Origin: Deltaproteobacteria bacterium
GTDB taxonomy: Bacteria > Desulfobacterota > Syntrophia > Syntrophales > UBA2192
Length of the DNA: 64,000 bases
Assembly: GCA_012728915.1 (NCBI GenBank)
Contig: JAAYEC010000075.1
Span: 82 to 64,081, forward strand
Direction of reading: 5' to 3'
Position numbers and translations under genes: made by a program. This document shows, in pieces, positions 60,219 to 64,000 of the stretch (position 1 is the stretch's first letter; each line of letters starts with the position of its first letter). The notes beneath the pieces were generated by a model. The model saw only the letters and a program-made list of their open reading frames with translations, made no database searches and was not told the origin of the DNA.

Positions 60219-61346
60219 ATGCAGATGCCCGCGAGGGGAAGACGGCCCGATTTCATCCTGCTCTTCATCGTGCTCGTGCTGATCGCCTTCGGCACCGTGA
60301 TGATCTACAGCTCGAGCTACATGCTCGCCCTGCAGAAGTACAACGACGGGTATTTCTTCCTCAAGAAGCAGCTCTTTTTTCTGGTGATCGGACTCGCGGC
60401 CATGTTCGCGCTCATGAGGATGCCCTACACGTGGCTGCGCAGGGTGGCCTACGCGGGCATGGCGGTCTCCCTGGTTCTCCTGGCCGCGATCTTCATCCCC
60501 GGCATCGGCGTGACGAAAGGCGGGGCCAGGCGATGGCTCAACCTGGGGATTTTCACCTTCCAGGCGGCCGAGCTGGTGAAGGTTGCCGTCGTGGTCTTTC
60601 TGGCCCACTACCTGACGCGCAAATCGGCCCATATCCAGGAGTTCCGGAAGGGGTTCCTCGTGCCGCTGGCCGTCGTGATGGTCCCCGTGGCGTTCATCGT
60701 GAAGCAGCCCGACTTCGGGTCGGCCGTGCTGATCATGGCCGTGGCCCTGTCGGTGCTCTACATCGCGGGGACGCGCGTCCGCTACCTCGCCGGCTCGGTG
60801 CTCGCCCTCGTCCCCGTGGCGGTGTCCCTCGTCATGATGAAGGGGTACCGGATGGACCGCTGGAACACCTTCCTCGATCCCTGGAAGGACCCGCAGCACA
60901 AGGGGTTCCAGATCATCCAGTCCTTCCTGTCCTTCGGCTCGGGCGGGCCCTTCGGCGTGGGCCTGGGCGACGGGATGCAGAAACTCTTCTACCTGCCCGA
61001 GCCGCACACGGACTTCATCCTCTCCATCATCGCCGAGGAGAGCGGCTTCATCGGGATCTGCGCGGTCATCGTGCTCTTCGGGCTGCTGATCTTCCGGGGC
61101 TTCGTGATCGCCTTCCGCGTGCAGGACAGCTTCGGGAGCCTCCTGGCCTCGGGGATCACGATCCTGCTGGCGATGGAGGCCTTCATCAACATCGCCGGCG
61201 TGATGGGGCTGATCCCCACGAAGGGCATGGCCCTGCCCTTCCTGTCCTACGGGGGCACGTCGCTCATCGTGAGCTGCATGGCCGTGGGGATCCTGTTAAA
61301 CCTGTCGACGCACCAGAAGTCGACACCCAGGGGGACCGTGGCGTGA
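60219..61346 (+). CDS. ftsW: SEDS peptidoglycan glycosyltransferase
   Basis: GARRW, QPDFGS, LPEPHTDFI, PTKGMALPFLSYGGTS. Confidence 0.96.
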   Translation: MQMPARGRRPDFILLFIVLVLIAFGTVMIYSSSYMLALQKYNDGYFFLKKQLFFLVIGLAAMFALMRMPYTWLRRVAYAGMAVSLVLLAAIFIPGIGVTKGGARRWLNLGIFTFQAAELVKVAVVVFLAHYLTRKSAHIQEFRKGFLVPLAVVMVPVAFIVKQPDFGSAVLIMAVALSVLYIAGTRVRYLAGSVLALVPVAVSLVMMKGYRMDRWNTFLDPWKDPQHKGFQIIQSFLSFGSGGPFGVGLGDGMQKLFYLPEPHTDFILSIIAEESGFIGICAVIVLFGLLIFRGFVIAFRVQDSFGSLLASGITILLAMEAFINIAGVMGLIPTKGMALPFLSYGGTSLIVSCMAVGILLNLSTHQKSTPRGTVA

Positions 61347-62437
61347 GGATCGCGATCGCGGGAGGAGGAACGGGAGGACACCTCTTCCCCGGGGTGGCGA
61401 TCGCGGAAGAGTTCCGCAGGCGCGACCGCGATGCCCGTGTTCTTTTCATCGGGACGAACCGGGGGCTGGAGGCCCGGGTGCTCCCCGGGATCGGCTTCGA
61501 CCTGGCCACGCTCGACGTCGAGGGGATCAAGGGGCGGGGCTTCGCGCGGTCCGCCGCGGCCCTGGCGAAGATCCCGCGGAGCCTGCTCCAGTCGAGGCGG
61601 ATCATCGGCCGCTTTGCCCCGGACATCGTGATCGGCGTGGGGGGCTACGCCTCGGGACCGGCCGTTCTGGCGGCCCGCTTCATGGGCCTGCCCACGGCGA
61701 TCGCCGAGCAGAACGCCATCCCGGGCGAGACAAACAGGGTCCTCGGAAAGTTCGCGGACCGCATCTTCGTGAGTTTCCCCGAGACGGCGCGGTGGTTTCG
61801 CGCCGACCGGGTCCGGGTCACGGGAAACCCGATCCGGGCCGCCATCGCCGGGGGAACGCGTCGGAGCCGGAAGCCGGGCGAGCCGTTTACGGTCCTCGTC
61901 TTCGGCGGGAGCCAGGGCGCGCACCGGATCAACCTGGCGGTTCTGGAGGCGCTGCCGCACCTGGCGGACATGAAGGAACGGCTGCGGATCATCCACCAGA
62001 CAGGGGAGGACGACCTGGAAACGGTGAAAAAGGGATACGGCGAGCATTCGATGGAGGCCGAGGTGCTGCCCTTCATCACGGACATGGCCTCGGCCTACGG
62101 AAATGCCGACCTGCTCGTCTGCAGGGCGGGGGCCACGTCGATCGCCGAGATTACGGCAAGCGGAAAGGCGGCGTTGCTGATCCCCTTCCCCCATGCCGTA
62201 AACGATCACCAGACGAAAAACGCCGAACTCCTTGTCAACAGGGGCGCAGCCGAAATGATCCCCGAGAGGGACCTCTCGGGAGAACGCCTCTCGGGGGTCA
62301 TCCGGCGGCTCGCGGGGAACCCGGCGGCCGTCGGGGACATGGAGCGCAGGGCGGCAGGGCTCGGCAACGCCCGGGCCGCGGCGGACATCGTGGATGAATG
62401 CCTGGATCTGGTGCTTCGCACCAGATCCAGGGCATAA
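61343..62437 (+). CDS. murG: Undecaprenyl-PP-MurNAc-pentapeptide GlcNAc transferase
   Basis: GGGTGGHLFP, GGYAS, EQN, TGNP, GGSQGA, RAGA; GTG overlaps the ftsW stop. Confidence 0.97.
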   Translation: MRIAIAGGGTGGHLFPGVAIAEEFRRRDRDARVLFIGTNRGLEARVLPGIGFDLATLDVEGIKGRGFARSAAALAKIPRSLLQSRRIIGRFAPDIVIGVGGYASGPAVLAARFMGLPTAIAEQNAIPGETNRVLGKFADRIFVSFPETARWFRADRVRVTGNPIRAAIAGGTRRSRKPGEPFTVLVFGGSQGAHRINLAVLEALPHLADMKERLRIIHQTGEDDLETVKKGYGEHSMEAEVLPFITDMASAYGNADLLVCRAGATSIAEITASGKAALLIPFPHAVNDHQTKNAELLVNRGAAEMIPERDLSGERLSGVIRRLAGNPAAVGDMERRAAGLGNARAAADIVDECLDLVLRTRSRA

Positions 62438-62551
62438 GGCAGAAGGCGAAAGGCAATGGGCTTTGAACAAACGACAGTCTTTCTCTACTCAGCTCTTTGC
62501 CATTTGCCGTAAACAAACCCTCGACCGGCCTCTGGCTGAAAAGAAGGCAGC

Positions 62552-63964
62552 ATGCGGAACGGGTATCGCAGAGACCTGATGAAGAGGAAAGTCGGGCGGA
62601 TCCACTTCGTGGGGATCGGGGGGATCGGCATGAGCGGGATCGCCGAGGTGCTTCTCAACCTGGGCTACTCCGTGAGCGGCTCCGACCTGATGGAGTCGGA
62701 CACGACGCAGCGGCTCTCCACCCTGGGGGCCCGCATCCACTACGGCCACCGGGAGTCGAACCTCGAGACGGCCGACGTGGTCGTGACCTCCACGGCCGTC
62801 AAGGCAGACAACCCCGAGGTCCGGGAGGCCCACCGCCGCAACATCCCCGTCATCCCCCGCGCCGAGATGCTGGCGGAGCTTCTCAAGATGAAGCTCTCCG
62901 TCGCCGTCTCGGGCATGCACGGCAAGACGACGACGACCTCCATGGTCTCCACGATCCTCGCCCACGGGGGGCTCGACCCCACGATGGTCATCGGCGGCAA
63001 GCTCTCCTCGATCGGCAGCAACGCGCGCCTGGGCGACGGGGAGGTCATCGTGGCCGAGGCCGAAGAGAGCGACGGCTCCTTCCTGAAGCTCTCCCCCACG
63101 ATCGCTGTCGTCACCAACATCGACCGCGAGCACCTGGACTACTACCGGGACATCGACGACATCAAGGAGGCCTTCGTCCGCTTCGCCAACATGGTGCCCT
63201 TCTACGGGGTGACGATCCTGTGCGTCGATGACGCCCACGTCCGGGAGATCTTCCCGCGGATCAAGCGGCGCACGATCACCTACGGGCTTTCCGACGGGGC
63301 CGACTACCGGGCGAAGAACATCTCCCTCGAGGGCCCCGAGTCGCGCTACACGCTCTACCACAAGGGGGTGCGCCTGGGTGAGATCACGCTGCGCGTGCCG
63401 GGACTCTTCAACGTACTCAACTCCATGGCGGCCTTCGCCGTGGCGCGGGAGCTCGACATGGAGGTCGACGTGGCCCGCGCGGGGCTGAACGCCTACCGCG
63501 GCGTGCAGCGGCGCCTCGAGGTGAAGGGCGAGGCCAACGGCGTCACGGTCGTCGACGACTACGGCCATCACCCCACGGAGATCCTGGCCACGCTGAAGGC
63601 CGCGCGGCAGCTCTGGAAGGGGCGCCTCATCGTCGTCTTCCAGCCGCACCGCTACACGCGCACGCGGGCCCTGTACAAGGAGTTCCTCACGTGCTTTCCC
63701 GACGCGGACGAACTGGTCCTGATGGACATCTACCCCGCGAGCGAGACGCCCATCGAGGGGGTGACGTCGTTCAACCTCTTCAAGGGAATCGAGGCCGTGG
63801 GCCACCGCAGTGTGCGGCACATCCCGTCGGCCGACGGGATCGTGAGCCACCTTCTCGAGATCGCCCGGCCCGGCGACGTGATCATCACCCAGGGCGCGGG
63901 CAACGTCTGGAGGGTGGGGATGGAGTTTCTGAGAAAGGCAAAGGAGGAGAAGGCAGACCGCTGA
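62552..63964 (+). CDS. murC: UDP-N-acetylmuramate--L-alanine ligase
   Basis: [40 protein letters not shown]. Start at 62552 or 62579. Confidence 0.97.
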   Translation: MRNGYRRDLMKRKVGRIHFVGIGGIGMSGIAEVLLNLGYSVSGSDLMESDTTQRLSTLGARIHYGHRESNLETADVVVTSTAVKADNPEVREAHRRNIPVIPRAEMLAELLKMKLSVAVSGMHGKTTTTSMVSTILAHGGLDPTMVIGGKLSSIGSNARLGDGEVIVAEAEESDGSFLKLSPTIAVVTNIDREHLDYYRDIDDIKEAFVRFANMVPFYGVTILCVDDAHVREIFPRIKRRTITYGLSDGADYRAKNISLEGPESRYTLYHKGVRLGEITLRVPGLFNVLNSMAAFAVARELDMEVDVARAGLNAYRGVQRRLEVKGEANGVTVVDDYGHHPTEILATLKAARQLWKGRLIVVFQPHRYTRTRALYKEFLTCFPDADELVLMDIYPASETPIEGVTSFNLFKGIEAVGHRSVRHIPSADGIVSHLLEIARPGDVIITQGAGNVWRVGMEFLRKAKEEKADR

Positions 63965-64000
63965 GGCGGGCGGGGCGACCCCTCCGCGCCGTCCCCCCGG

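Overview
GC-rich bacterial chromosome segment. Gene content and codon style suggest an anaerobic deltaproteobacterium (Desulfobacterota, Syntrophales-like); this is an inference. No prophage, transposase, CRISPR array, rRNA or tRNA was seen. In order, the window holds: cydA-cydB plus a cytochrome b5/DUF2231 gene; a structured intergenic RNA candidate; a PilZ protein; a hybrid histidine kinase; a B12-binding radical SAM protein; a HesB/IscA-like selenoprotein (in-frame UGA, truncated in the ORF track); ABC-F; a cNMP-binding protein; a cold-shock protein; an MBL exonuclease; an FAD oxidoreductase and PfkB kinase; an MlaE/pseudo-MlaF/MlaD/TPR operon; cimA-leuC-leuD-leuB; a secreted papain-like peptidase with a CFI-box C-terminus; a TetR-controlled ABC-2/HlyD/TolC efflux operon; a 7-gene phosphorelay, diguanylate cyclase and partner-switching operon; an Acr3/BASS transporter, maf and yggS; yhaM-fdhD-selB; ruvX-mltG; and the dcw cluster from mraZ to murC. 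The most notable signals lie outside the ORF track: (1) a complete ribosome-mediated attenuator with a 25-aa leader peptide carrying 9 Ile codons in front of citramalate synthase; (2) a ~260-nt RNA with its own promoter and terminator that exposes anti-Shine-Dalgarno loops; (3) a SECIS-like hairpin over the selB ribosome-binding region that resembles the putative SECIS of the selenoprotein in this window; (4) an MCE transporter whose only ATPase-like subunit has lost all catalytic motifs; (5) an apparent ATC start codon.
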